Of a stretch of 53,760 nt of DNA, positions 1 through 10,154 are shown in pieces; the stretch's first letter is position 1; every line of letters begins with the position of its first letter. Made by a program: the position numbers and the translations under genes. The stretch lies in the IMG/VR virus record IMGVR_UViG_3300046000_006960, positions 1 to 53,760 of that record; one strand, 5' to 3'. The notes beneath the pieces were generated by a model. The model was not told the origin of the DNA. It searched no databases and was given only the letters and a program-made list of their open reading frames with translations. This DNA comes from a virus. Taxonomy: Duplodnaviria > Caudoviricetes.

Positions 1-3000
1 TACAACTTGCTCTTCTTCCAGACCTTGTTGCTCTTCTTTACTTTGAAGATCGTTTTCTATCTCTTGATTATTAAGCTCTTCTTCTTTTTGCTTAATGATT
101 TCTTTTATATAAGGGTTTTCAACTAAAGGATTAATGTTTTCTTTCTTATATGTTTTTAAATCATTCCAAAACTTTAATTCATTATCTATAGATGTTATTG
201 CTAACTTATCTATAATAGATTTTTCTAGTCTTTTTAATTTTTCTTTTTCAGACTTTAAATTTTGTTTAGCTTCAAATAATGCTTTTGTAGTTTTTATTAA
301 TTCTTCTTTAATAAACTTATGGTCAGCAACATTTTCATTTTTAATCTTACCCTCAGAAGTTAATAAAGATTTAATTACATTTCTTAATGCATCAGCATAC
401 CCTTCTAATCCTTCAATAGAATTTTCTAAATATTCAATATGCTCTTCTGAAGTTAACTTAGTAGCAAGCAATCTTTCTATAGAATGTCTATGTTCTTTAA
501 ATATTTCCTTATTTTGTTCTAAGTAATCAATTATTTCTGCAATAGAATTAAAATCAGTTTTTTCAATTTGCTCATATCTGTTAAAAACATATTCAATGTT
601 TTTATCAAGTTGTTTCAAATCTTTTTTAATCTCACCTTTAATTCCTTCAAGATATTCTATTTGCTTTTCTACTTTTTTAAGAGCATCTTGACTATCTTTA
701 ATCAACTCTTTTATAAGTTTAGCATTTCTACCTCTTGGAGATTTATCTTGAGCATCTAAACCTTTAATTATTGCATTCTTTTGTTTTACTAAATCATTTA
801 TTTCAGAATCTATTTCTGACATAAAATCATTTAAAGCAGTAACTTCTTGATCAAATGAATCAACTATTTCTGATAAAAATGTTTTAAATTCATCTCTATC
901 TTGTATTTTTTTAGTTATTTTTTCTTCTAAACTTTTTACTGTATCACTTATTTTAGACGAACTAATATTAATAGATTTTAATTTTTCTAAATTAAGCTGA
1001 AGGTTTTCTAAAGAGTCATTTTCATTTACACTTCTAGATAAATCATCTAATATTTCATTTTCCGCAACTTTATCATAATACTCTTTAGTATCTAAAGGAG
1101 TATGAGGTCTAGATAACATTTTATCTAAATCTTCTTTATTTTCTGCAGACTTGATATTATTTATTAAATCATCGGCTTCCTGAATTGCTTCATCTGATGT
1201 TTTTGCACTAAGTTCATTATCTTTTTTAACAAAGTCATCAAAAGTCTCATTAATGTTTTTACCTTGCCATATGTCAGAAATATCTTTTTTACTTTTTTCT
1301 ATTTCTTTTTTTAATGCATTATATTCTTCATTAGTTTTAGATAATAATTCATTGTTTTTAATAGCCTCTTTGGTTCTTTCAGCTCTAGCTATCATTTCAT
1401 CATTAGATATAGTTCCTCCTTTCATATTAGCTACTGGAAATTCAGCGGCTTCATCATATAAAGGATCTATTCCTAATTCATCAAAAATATTATTTCTTTT
1501 TTCTTCTAGCTTTTGTAACTTAGTTTCATTTGCTCTTAACTTATGTTTTGAATTTAAGTAAGAAGCATTTAATCTATTTAAAAATCTATCTTTTTGATCT
1601 TGATTAGCAGACTCGTTATCTAAACTAATTACATCTCTACTAAAATCACCAAACTTTTGATTTTGTTTTTGAAGGTATTTAGCAGTTTCTAATATTTCAT
1701 TCATGAAGTTTTTAGACTTATCTTTCTCATCAGAAGATTGATCTCTTTCTACTATTTCATTTAACTTGACATCTTCTCTTAGCTTTTGTTCTAAAGCCTT
1801 AATACCTATTTCTCCATTATGAATAGATGGCAAGACCATATTAAATATAGCTTCTCTTTTTAACTTGTCAACAACTTCTGTATTTCCAGTTTGAACTGCT
1901 AAATCAAATAGTTTTGATTGTTGTTCAGAAAAATTTAAAGATTTAGCAAGATTATAAACTTCTTTATTATCTAAAAGTCTTTCAGTGGTATCATTGCCAT
2001 CTTTGTCTTTTTTATATTTGTAACTTCCATCTTCATTTTGTTGATATATTTTATTATCAAAAATATCATTAAAATTAGTTATTTGAGAATCTATATTATC
2101 TAATACTTCATTAGTATATTTTCTATTAGCAACATCTTCTTTTCTGCCTTGATAAGACATCATTGGACCACCTAATGCTCCACCTAAAAATATAGCTTTT
2201 TGACCTTCAACAGAAGAAACAGTGTTTACATATTCTTTAGCAAAATCTCCAACGGTTTCAGAAATTTGATCAACATAACTTCTATTATCTTTTTTGCCAA
2301 GCTTATTTTGCATTGCTCTTTTAACATTAAAGTTTTCAGTAGTAGTTTGTAATCCTTCTTCGCCAAAACCTTCAGTTAAAAGAGCTTTTCCTACTTTACC
2401 TACTGACCTTCCAGCTCTATTTACAATACCTTTAATGCCTTGCTCTGCAGATCGCTCAAACTTTTGAGCAGCCTTGCCCCATATAGCTTTGTGCATGATT
2501 GCATTAGGGCCTAAAAGAATACCAACATTAGTTACAAAAGTATTTCTCATAGCCAATGCACGTTGTTCTTTAAAAGCTTCTTCTGCTACATCTGTAGAGG
2601 CTTTTGCAGATAACTCATTGTATTTATTTATATCTATAGAACCATTTCTTCTTTGAACATCTAATTCTTGTAGTTTTTTTGCTACTTTTTGTTGATGATC
2701 TGTACTTCCTACATAACTTTTAATAAAATCAGGCATCTTTCTTTCTAAATCATCACCAACACCTTTAGCTTCTGCTCCAGCCTCTAACAAAGTATTAGAT
2801 GTGATTGCCAAACCACTATCTATTGTTTTTCCAGTAATTCCCATAAATTTTAAAGCACTAACTCCTTCTTCAGCTTTTCCAGCCATTGAAGTATATTTTG
2901 CTAATTTTGCGCTATTTGCAGCTGCTCCAATTAATTTACTTCCAAGTCCTAAATATTCAAAACCAGCGCCAGGAGCCATCATACCTATAATAAAACCAAG

Positions 3001-3576
3001 CCCATCCGCTCCATCTGTAGCCCAAAATGCGGTTGAAGATATATTTGCCCAAAGATTTCCTTCTTTAACGGCTTTAGCTGTATAAACAGGCATTAATTCA
3101 GTATTAATTTTTTCATTCATACTATCCACTGCTTTAATCCATGGATTGTTAAAAGCGGTGTCTATAAACGAATGTTCATCTTTGCCAGAAATTAAATCTT
3201 GAGTATTTTCAGCTGTAGCTTGAATCATCCCTCCAATAACTCCAGGTATTTTTGCAATTTCAGCTCCAGCCTTAATTATAGCTCTTCCTGGTGTTTTTAA
3301 AAGTTGTTCTGTTCCTGATTGATTTTGAGCCCTTAACTCGTTATAAGGATCTTCAGCTTTTAAATCTACAAACTGATCTAAAAATGGATTAGTTCCTTCT
3401 CTGACTTCATCTTGATTATAACTATTAAAATTAACTCTGTGTTTTTCTTTGTTAAATGCATTATTTACAACTAGATTTCTTTTTTTCTTTGTATTTTGCT
3501 TTTTAAAGTTTTCATCTAAAGTATTAAGAAAGTTTTTATCATAACTGCCTAAAAGTCCTTCATCTTCTTCTTCCAT
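1..3576 (-). CDS. Giant virion cargo/ejection protein, N-terminal part only (runs off the window; possibly the virion RNA polymerase-associated giant protein)
   Basis: Absent from the ORF track because it has no stop in the window. ATG at 3576 (MEEEDEGLLGSYDKNF...ELRAQNQSGTEQLLK...AFWATDGADGLGFIIG). Frame read open at both ends (...IENDLQSKEEQQGLEEEQVV at position 1), not checked codon by codon throughout. Position after the cargo genes is typical of Crassvirales. No RNAP catalytic motif seen in this part. Confidence 0.7.
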   Translation of the reverse strand, partial: MEEEDEGLLGSYDKNFLNTLDENFKKQNTKKKRNLVVNNAFNKEKHRVNFNSYNQDEVREGTNPFLDQFVDLKAEDPYNELRAQNQSGTEQLLKTPGRAIIKAGAEIAKIPGVIGGMIQATAENTQDLISGKDEHSFIDTAFNNPWIKAVDSMNEKINTELMPVYTAKAVKEGNLWANISSTAFWATDGADGLGFIIGMMAPGAGFEYLGLGSKLIGAAANSAKLAKYTSMAGKAEEGVSALKFMGITGKTIDSGLAITSNTLLEAGAEAKGVGDDLERKMPDFIKSYVGSTDHQQKVAKKLQELDVQRRNGSIDINKYNELSAKASTDVAEEAFKEQRALAMRNTFVTNVGILLGPNAIMHKAIWGKAAQKFERSAEQGIKGIVNRAGRSVGKVGKALLTEGFGEEGLQTTTENFNVKRAMQNKLGKKDNRSYVDQISETVGDFAKEYVNTVSSVEGQKAIFLGGALGGPMMSYQGRKEDVANRKYTNEVLDNIDSQITNFNDIFDNKIYQQNEDGSYKYKKDKDGNDTTERLLDNKEVYNLAKSLNFSEQQSKLFDLAVQTGNTEVVDKLKREAIFNMVLPSIHNGEIGIKALEQKLREDVKLNEIVERDQSSDEKDKSKNFMNEILETAKYLQKQNQKFGDFSRDVISLDNESANQDQKDRFLNRLNASYLNSKHKLRANETKLQKLEEKRNNIFDELGIDPLYDEAAEFPVANMKGGTISNDEMIARAERTKEAIKNNELLSKTNEEYNALKKEIEKSKKDISDIWQGKNINETFDDFVKKDNELSAKTSDEAIQEADDLINNIKSAENKEDLDKMLSRPHTPLDTKEYYDKVAENEILDDLSRSVNENDSLENLQLNLEKLKSINISSSKISDTVKSLEEKITKKIQDRDEFKTFLSEIVDSFDQEVTALNDFMSEIDSEINDLVKQKNAIIKGLDAQDKSPRGRNAKLIKELIKDSQDALKKVEKQIEYLEGIKGEIKKDLKQLDKNIEYVFNRYEQIEKTDFNSIAEIIDYLEQNKEIFKEHRHSIERLLATKLTSEEHIEYLENSIEGLEGYADALRNVIKSLLTSEGKIKNENVADHKFIKEELIKTTKALFEAKQNLKSEKEKLKRLEKSIIDKLAITSIDNELKFWNDLKTYKKENINPLVENPYIKEIIKQKEEELNNQEIENDLQSKEEQQGLEEEQVV

Positions 3577-3578
3577 AA

Positions 3579-5606
3579 TTAATTTTTATTATTTGGATAT
3601 TTAGTAAGCAATTGAGAAGGTTTTACGCCTCTTTTTATTGCTCTATAATTTAATGCTTGTTGAGCATCGCTATCACTATTATATCTTGCTGCTAATTCTT
3701 TATTTGTTAAATCAGCATAGGCATTATTTACTAGTGAAGTATAAACTTCTTGTCCTTGAAAGTTGCCAGTAATTCCATTAACTGTTCCTTTGTTTTTATA
3801 AAAATTAGCAATAGCTCCTGTTAAATTTTTATAACCTGGAGCAGAACCAGTATCTGCTGAATTTGTAAATCTTTTTAATTTAAATGTCACAGTAACTTGT
3901 TTTTTAGAACCTCCATATTCATCTTTACGCTTAACGCCTTGAGTGTCATACTCATTTGCGTCTTCATTGGTAGTAAATACAGCAGTAATTTCTGGAGATT
4001 TATTGTCTCCATATGTTTTTATATTACTTATTTTAAAAGATTTTTGATCTGAATTTTTAAGTAAATCTTGAATATTAGCAACATCTTCATCGGTCACATC
4101 TTTTCTAAAGCCTCCAGTAGTTTGAACGCCAGTTAAATCTAGAACGCTAGATATATTTGGAATTCCTTTTAATACCGTGGCAACATTTTCATTATGTAGA
4201 TTCCACTCTCCCTCTTCTTTAGGAGTAGACGGCATGTAAGAATAATTATGTCTTAAAGAAGATGATTTTTGCCAAGCATCGTTTTTAAGTTTTTTTCTTT
4301 GTGATAAAATTTTATCCATATAAGATAAATCTTTATCTTGCATTATTAATTTTAAATCAGGATCAGATTGCTTTCCTTTAAAAGACCCTACGCCTTTACT
4401 AAATAACAATCTAGGTAAAATACTTGGATCTTTTTTAACCGCAATAACTTCTTCTTGAGTCATATTCATTTTTTTAGCAAGTCTTTCCCATTTTGAATAT
4501 TCTTTTTTAAATGTTATGTCGTTGGCTTTGTAATCTTTGTTTTGAGTTAACTTAGCATCTGCTTCTCTTCTTAATTCAATTAAATCATCTAACTTTGCTT
4601 GATCTGCAGGATTTAAGCTTTTAGAACTAGACAATCTTTTTATTTCACTTAATACGTCTGAATATTCTTCATAATTAGTAGCGTCGCTTTTTATTTCAGT
4701 ATCGTTGCTAATTATTTGCCCAGCAGGACCTTCTTCGTCAGATTTTTCAGGTTTTGGAGGAGCGTTATAGTTTGCACTTTCAGATATTTTATTAATGTCT
4801 GAATTTTCAAGCATTGAATTAAAGTCATTAATAATTCTATCTTTATTTAATCCTATTCCAGCATGTGTCGCCCATTTTTTACCCTCGCCATTTGGATTGT
4901 CCCATGTATCCAATGCTGAATTAAGTGCAGCTTGAACTTGATCAGTGTTTTTAGATTTAATTCTATCTCCATTTCTAGTAACTTCCCAAAAACTACCATC
5001 AGGACCATATTCTAAATGATGTCCAGCTGAAGAAATTCCCTCAATAGTTTTTCCTAATATTGAATGAGCTCTAGATAAATACTGACCATAATCTTGATAA
5101 GCAGGAGCTCCAAGAGGTTCTATGTTTGTAATTTTACCATCTTTAAATCCAGTATAATTATTCTCAACATAATTGTTCCAATTTTTTTCAGCTTGATCTT
5201 TTCCTATTTTAGAAACTTCAGTTGCATTTTTTATGTAATCATCATGTTCTTTGTTAAAAATAGCTTTTGCTGCATTTATTTTACCAAATTCTCCCATAGG
5301 AGAAACTAAATCTTGATACTTTCTATTTAAAGCAATTGTTTTACCAATCATATCATTGTTTATTCCGTGCTTAGATAATTCAGTAGCAGTATTATCTAAT
5401 TCTGACTCAATACCTTTTTTTAATTCTAAAGCTGTGTCATAATGAAATTTCAATGGATCAACTTTCGCTATACCAGCTCTTATTAATTCGTTTTCAGCTA
5501 ATAATTTATCATGCTTTTCACGTTTCATCATTGGAACAAAAGCTAATTCCTGCATAGTTTGAGGAGTATATCCTGAAACTGTAATATCATCATAACGATT
5601 ACTCAT
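3579..5606 (-). CDS. Putative virion cargo/ejection protein
   Basis: 675 aa, hydrophilic and helical. Lies between the xxGG-repeat cargo protein and the giant protein, as in crAss-like gene order. Confidence 0.55.
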   Translation of the reverse strand: MSNRYDDITVSGYTPQTMQELAFVPMMKREKHDKLLAENELIRAGIAKVDPLKFHYDTALELKKGIESELDNTATELSKHGINNDMIGKTIALNRKYQDLVSPMGEFGKINAAKAIFNKEHDDYIKNATEVSKIGKDQAEKNWNNYVENNYTGFKDGKITNIEPLGAPAYQDYGQYLSRAHSILGKTIEGISSAGHHLEYGPDGSFWEVTRNGDRIKSKNTDQVQAALNSALDTWDNPNGEGKKWATHAGIGLNKDRIINDFNSMLENSDINKISESANYNAPPKPEKSDEEGPAGQIISNDTEIKSDATNYEEYSDVLSEIKRLSSSKSLNPADQAKLDDLIELRREADAKLTQNKDYKANDITFKKEYSKWERLAKKMNMTQEEVIAVKKDPSILPRLLFSKGVGSFKGKQSDPDLKLIMQDKDLSYMDKILSQRKKLKNDAWQKSSSLRHNYSYMPSTPKEEGEWNLHNENVATVLKGIPNISSVLDLTGVQTTGGFRKDVTDEDVANIQDLLKNSDQKSFKISNIKTYGDNKSPEITAVFTTNEDANEYDTQGVKRKDEYGGSKKQVTVTFKLKRFTNSADTGSAPGYKNLTGAIANFYKNKGTVNGITGNFQGQEVYTSLVNNAYADLTNKELAARYNSDSDAQQALNYRAIKRGVKPSQLLTKYPNNKN

Positions 5607-6159
5607 CTTTCAAAAATTTAAATGTTGTTTTATTTTTTTTAATACCATTAATTTGTTGACCAAAAGAACTGTAATTAAAATTATTTTCTAAAGCACATTG
5701 TCTAACAGAACTCCAAATTTTACCAGTAACAGTGCAAATTATTTTTTTAGCTTGACCATTATTTTTTATCATCTTTTCAACATGTTCTTTTGATAATTTT
5801 TTATTTTTCCAAAATCTTAATGGATTTTTTAATAAAAAATCAGATTTTATTTTTTTAGTTTTTTCAGAAACAATCATTCCAAAATTTCCATCACCACCAT
5901 CTGTAAGATTACACAATACACCTGTACTGTTATTTATTCTACCATAATGATAAATTAAAATAATTTCTAATTCAATAGCATCTTCTTTTGATAAGTTTGA
6001 TTTTAATATTTGGATTTCATAATCTGATTTACTTACAATTTTTTTCCAAAAATTACTTCTACCATATTTAATATATGGTCTTTTTTTATTTCCAATACCA
6101 ATATAAAACACTTGATTGTTATCTAATCTCATGTGTCTATATATACAATAATCATTCAT
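5599..6159 (-). CDS. Free-standing GIY-YIG-family homing endonuclease with NUMOD-type C-terminus
   Basis: N-terminal YCIYRH...VFYIGIG, LCNLTDGGDG linker, C-terminal KKIICTVTGKIWSSVRQCA...KNKTTFKFL. Confidence 0.8.
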   Translation of the reverse strand: MNDYCIYRHMRLDNNQVFYIGIGNKKRPYIKYGRSNFWKKIVSKSDYEIQILKSNLSKEDAIELEIILIYHYGRINNSTGVLCNLTDGGDGNFGMIVSEKTKKIKSDFLLKNPLRFWKNKKLSKEHVEKMIKNNGQAKKIICTVTGKIWSSVRQCALENNFNYSSFGQQINGIKKNKTTFKFLKDE

Positions 6160-9100
6160 TATCTTCTTCCTATTTTACTCATTTTTAAATATCCTCCATA
6201 AGCATGCTGAGTAGTTTCTCCAGCAATTTGTTCTGCAGTTTTCTTTGCTCCAGTCTTGTTATGAACATAAAATTTACCATCCCAAGTATATCCTAAAGCC
6301 TCTGCTAATGAATTTTTATTTACTTCTTCTTTCCCAACAGATCCTAAATCTGTTCCAATTGATCCAAGTAATTTAGACTTTTGATTTCTATAATTAGCTT
6401 GGTTTCTATCATTAATTTCTAATTGATTATTAGATTGACCTATATTAGCTTGATCTACACCTAAATTAAATTGTTGTCCTGCTAAATTTTGACCAGCATT
6501 ATATTCATTCATTTTTGCATAAGCATCACTCATTCCTCTAATTCTTCCAGCTGTAGTTCCAACTAAATTAGCTCTTAATGCAGATTCTGAACCAGCAGTT
6601 GCATTTGTTAATCCAGCAACACTATTATTCATTTCATTAGAAACTTGATTTTGAATACGATTTTCATCCATATACGTTGGTTTGTATCTGTTAGATAATC
6701 TATCTAATACAACTCCTGATGGTTTTTTAAGTTGAGATAATTGAAATGCATTCATAGCAATTGGAGCATATTTTAACATTTTACTACCATTTCTTTCAAA
6801 CCAGTTATCGCTAGATTCTCCAGTATCTCCTCCTTTATCAAAGTAATTCATATAGCCACCTTCAGCTTTTATATCTTTTGTAGAAGAAGATTTTTCAGTT
6901 CTACAAGCATCTCCTGCCGCAGAAAAACCATTCTTTAAGTTTTGTTGTCCAACATCTTTAGCTTTTTGCTGCTTTTCAACATATTTAGAATATTCAGCCT
7001 CAGTTTTGCCTGGATTTTCTGACAACCATTTATCTATATAATACCTGTCTGGAGCATTTTTAGTGTAATTATACATTGTTTGATATTCTCTCAATTGAGG
7101 AGTTGTTCTTATATTTCCGTTCTCATCTTTTCTAAGAACTTGTGCAGCTTCTTGAATAAACTTATCATTTCTCATTTCAAGAGGAGAATATCCAGATGAA
7201 TTAAATCTTATATTTTGACCAGAATTAGTAGGAGTAGTTACATAATTTACTGGAGCATAATTCATTGGAGCAACATTATTGGGATTAGATACTGTAAATT
7301 CCAATTCTCCTCCTATAGCAAATTTGTCACTAAAAGCATTATTTGCAGATGTAGCACTAGATCTTGCTTGTTGAACTTTTTGTTTTTCAAAAGTAGAATT
7401 ACCTGTAAACATTCCTACCATAGGCATATCGCTAATGTTTCCAGTTTCTAATGCTGATCCAATTCCTTTAATAGTTCCTAAAGGACTAACCATAGAAGCA
7501 ATTCCTTTTCCTATTTTAGAATCTCCAGCAATACCAGTTATTAATGAATCAGCAGCTCCAGCAGCTGCTCCAGCGCCAGGTATAAAAGCATTTAATGCAG
7601 TAGTAGTCATATTTTTAGCCGCATCTGCCCCTTTGTCTCCAGGCTGAGCAATTCTATTAGATTGAAATTGTTTTCCTATTCCGTCAACAGCACCAAACAT
7701 TCCTTGGTTTTCATCTAAAAAATCAACCATTCCGCCTTTGTCATATCTTTTTATAAAACCTCCATAGGCAGACATTCCAGGTTGTTGCATTTCTCGCTCC
7801 ATTCCTTCTTGAGGCATTTCTTGTTGTCCAACAAATTCTTCCATTCCTTGAGGAACTTGTTGATTTTCAAAACCAGGAGATTGTTGTGCATTTTGAAGTA
7901 TAGCCTGTTCTTTTTGAGCTTCTTCAGCTTTTATTGCCTCTTGAGCTTGTTTTAACCTGTTTAAATGCTCTTTGTGAGTCATCTTATCAGGATTACTATT
8001 TTTATCTTTAAAAGGCTTATCAATCACCTTAGAAGCTTCAGCAAATGTTTTACCTTTAATTGAGTTTGGTAATTTAAATTGTTTTACTAAATCTTCATTA
8101 ATATATAATCTATCTGAGTAAATATATTTACCATTTGGTGTTTTAATAGAAGTTTCACCTTGCTCAACCATTGCGTTTGGTCCTTGAGGTATTCCACCAT
8201 TTGGATTTTGCTCATGAGTACCTCCTTCGTTAAATTGGTTTAAGGTACCACCTTCTGCGTATCTTTTCATATTGTTATTTAAATAATTGTTGTATTTAGC
8301 ATTTAAGTTGTTATTTATTTGACCACCATCAGCATGTTTAATTAAGCCATTACTACTATAATAATCAGCTAATTGCGCATTAGGTATTTGAATTTCTTCT
8401 CCAGTTTTTCTTCCATATTGCACAGCTTCTCTTGGAGTTAATTTACTTAATAGTCCTAACTCATTTTGAATAACTGTAGGGCTCACAAAAGCATTGCCAT
8501 TATTGTCTGTCGAGTATTGCATTAGGTGAGTTGTTCTTGAACCGTCATCGTTTACAATGTAAGGATATTCACCTGGATTTAATGCTCTTTGAACAAAATT
8601 TTTATCTTTATTTCTTTCAGTAATAACTCTAGACATTAGTTCATTTTCATAAGCTGATCTTACTGGTGGCTCTATGTTTCCTCCAAGTTTATATTGCTTT
8701 ATCAATCCAATATTAGGAACGTCAATTCCAAATGTAATTTTTTTAATCCACGGCCCGTTTTCTAACGGTTGAAAATCGTCAACTATTTTTGATAACTTTG
8801 CTTTAGGCATTCCTTCAACTTTTATTCTAGAATTAAATTCAGCTAAAGCTTTTTTAGCCTCATTATAATCTTCAAATTTTACATTTGTTGCTCCTGGAAG
8901 TATTTTGTCATTATTACTAAATATTTTGTTTTTACCTGAATTATTTAATGGTATATATTGTTCTTCATTTGTCCACTTAAATTGTTTAGGATTTTCTGCT
9001 CTTCGCATCATGTTATAAAAACTATCTGTACTTAAAGATTTTTGTTCAAGAATTTTTGATCCTTTAGGTATAAATTGCTCTAAATGCTTATAAGCTTTAC

Positions 9101-10007
9101 CAGCACTTAATCCTCCTTCTGCTACATCTGCACTAAAATAATAAACAGGATTTCCTAATTTATCTACTGATGTTTTTAAAGCTATTTCTCCTTTATTTGG
9201 GACAACAACTTTTTTAACAATCTCTTTGTTAATTCCTTTTCTTAATGGGGTTTGTTCAATTAATCCATTGTCTAATTGTGTTTCCGTCCATTGTGGTAAT
9301 AATTTCTTCTTAACTTTAGCTGAAGACCTTTCTAAATTAAGCCTAGGTTGATTAACATCTATATTAAGTTCTGGCTCAATTTCCGGTAAAGTATAATTTT
9401 TTTTAGGGTTAAATTTAGATAATAAACTTTCTTCTTTACTTAATATTTTTCCTGCATTATTAGCTAGTCTTCCTAAAGATTTATATTCTGAAATTAATGG
9501 CAATACATTTAAAGCATTAATATTTGCATTTTTGTAATCTCTCCAAGCAGCAGGTAATTGTCCATTTTTTAAATTAACTACAGCTTTACCTAAGTTTTGA
9601 GTTACTTGAACGCCTTGATCTGTATAAAATGCAGGATTAACAACATCTATAACTGCGTCAAGAGAATTCCTTTCTCCTCTACTAAAATTTTCAGGAAGAT
9701 TTTCATTTCTTGCAGCGTAACCAAAAGCAGTTAGCGGATTTAACGATATTTCTTTTAATTTAGATGATGTAGACTGTGGAGTAGATGTTTTAATAGTTCC
9801 TTGTTTATCTATTAATTGTTGTACTCTTCTTTCTTCAATTTGTTTAGCAGTTAGTTTTTTATCTAATTTAGGTGTAATTATATTTGTGTTATCTCTTTGC
9901 GTATAATTAATTTCTTTGCCTTTTTCTTTAAATTTATTTTTACGATTTATTGAATTATTAATAAAACTATTTACAGTAGAAAGTTGTATTTTTTTTGGAT
10001 CTGGCAT
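6159..10007 (-). CDS. Large modular virion cargo protein (crAss cargo-protein-1-like)
   Basis: 1282 aa. Contains GGTHEQNPNGGIPQG...VEQGET...YIYSDRL, recognisable from crAss-like cargo proteins, and about 10 xxxGG motifs (YAEGG, FAIGG, YDKGG etc.). Confidence 0.65.
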   Translation of the reverse strand: MPDPKKIQLSTVNSFINNSINRKNKFKEKGKEINYTQRDNTNIITPKLDKKLTAKQIEERRVQQLIDKQGTIKTSTPQSTSSKLKEISLNPLTAFGYAARNENLPENFSRGERNSLDAVIDVVNPAFYTDQGVQVTQNLGKAVVNLKNGQLPAAWRDYKNANINALNVLPLISEYKSLGRLANNAGKILSKEESLLSKFNPKKNYTLPEIEPELNIDVNQPRLNLERSSAKVKKKLLPQWTETQLDNGLIEQTPLRKGINKEIVKKVVVPNKGEIALKTSVDKLGNPVYYFSADVAEGGLSAGKAYKHLEQFIPKGSKILEQKSLSTDSFYNMMRRAENPKQFKWTNEEQYIPLNNSGKNKIFSNNDKILPGATNVKFEDYNEAKKALAEFNSRIKVEGMPKAKLSKIVDDFQPLENGPWIKKITFGIDVPNIGLIKQYKLGGNIEPPVRSAYENELMSRVITERNKDKNFVQRALNPGEYPYIVNDDGSRTTHLMQYSTDNNGNAFVSPTVIQNELGLLSKLTPREAVQYGRKTGEEIQIPNAQLADYYSSNGLIKHADGGQINNNLNAKYNNYLNNNMKRYAEGGTLNQFNEGGTHEQNPNGGIPQGPNAMVEQGETSIKTPNGKYIYSDRLYINEDLVKQFKLPNSIKGKTFAEASKVIDKPFKDKNSNPDKMTHKEHLNRLKQAQEAIKAEEAQKEQAILQNAQQSPGFENQQVPQGMEEFVGQQEMPQEGMEREMQQPGMSAYGGFIKRYDKGGMVDFLDENQGMFGAVDGIGKQFQSNRIAQPGDKGADAAKNMTTTALNAFIPGAGAAAGAADSLITGIAGDSKIGKGIASMVSPLGTIKGIGSALETGNISDMPMVGMFTGNSTFEKQKVQQARSSATSANNAFSDKFAIGGELEFTVSNPNNVAPMNYAPVNYVTTPTNSGQNIRFNSSGYSPLEMRNDKFIQEAAQVLRKDENGNIRTTPQLREYQTMYNYTKNAPDRYYIDKWLSENPGKTEAEYSKYVEKQQKAKDVGQQNLKNGFSAAGDACRTEKSSSTKDIKAEGGYMNYFDKGGDTGESSDNWFERNGSKMLKYAPIAMNAFQLSQLKKPSGVVLDRLSNRYKPTYMDENRIQNQVSNEMNNSVAGLTNATAGSESALRANLVGTTAGRIRGMSDAYAKMNEYNAGQNLAGQQFNLGVDQANIGQSNNQLEINDRNQANYRNQKSKLLGSIGTDLGSVGKEEVNKNSLAEALGYTWDGKFYVHNKTGAKKTAEQIAGETTQHAYGGYLKMSKIGRR

Positions 10008-10028
10008 TATTTATTATTTTTTAATTAT

Positions 10029-10061
10029 AAAAAAAGGAGAAGAAAATTAATCCTTCTCCTT
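10029..10061 (-). terminator. Intrinsic terminator-like hairpin in the leader of the cargo gene
   Basis: Minus strand AAGGAGAAG-loop-CTTCTCCTT followed by a T run. Confidence 0.65.
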
Positions 10062-10091
10062 AAAGTTTATTGTGTTATAAGTTTAGTTTTA

Positions 10092-10122
10092 CAAATATAA
10101 GAAATATTTTAATTAATTCCAA
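10092..10122 (-). promoter_or_regulatory. Bacteroidota sigma70-type -33/-7 promoter
   Basis: Minus strand TTGG-N19-TATATTTG, matching the TTTG/TAnnTTTG consensus. Confidence 0.75.
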
Positions 10123-10154
10123 GAAAATATTAAAATATTTTATAATTTATTTTA

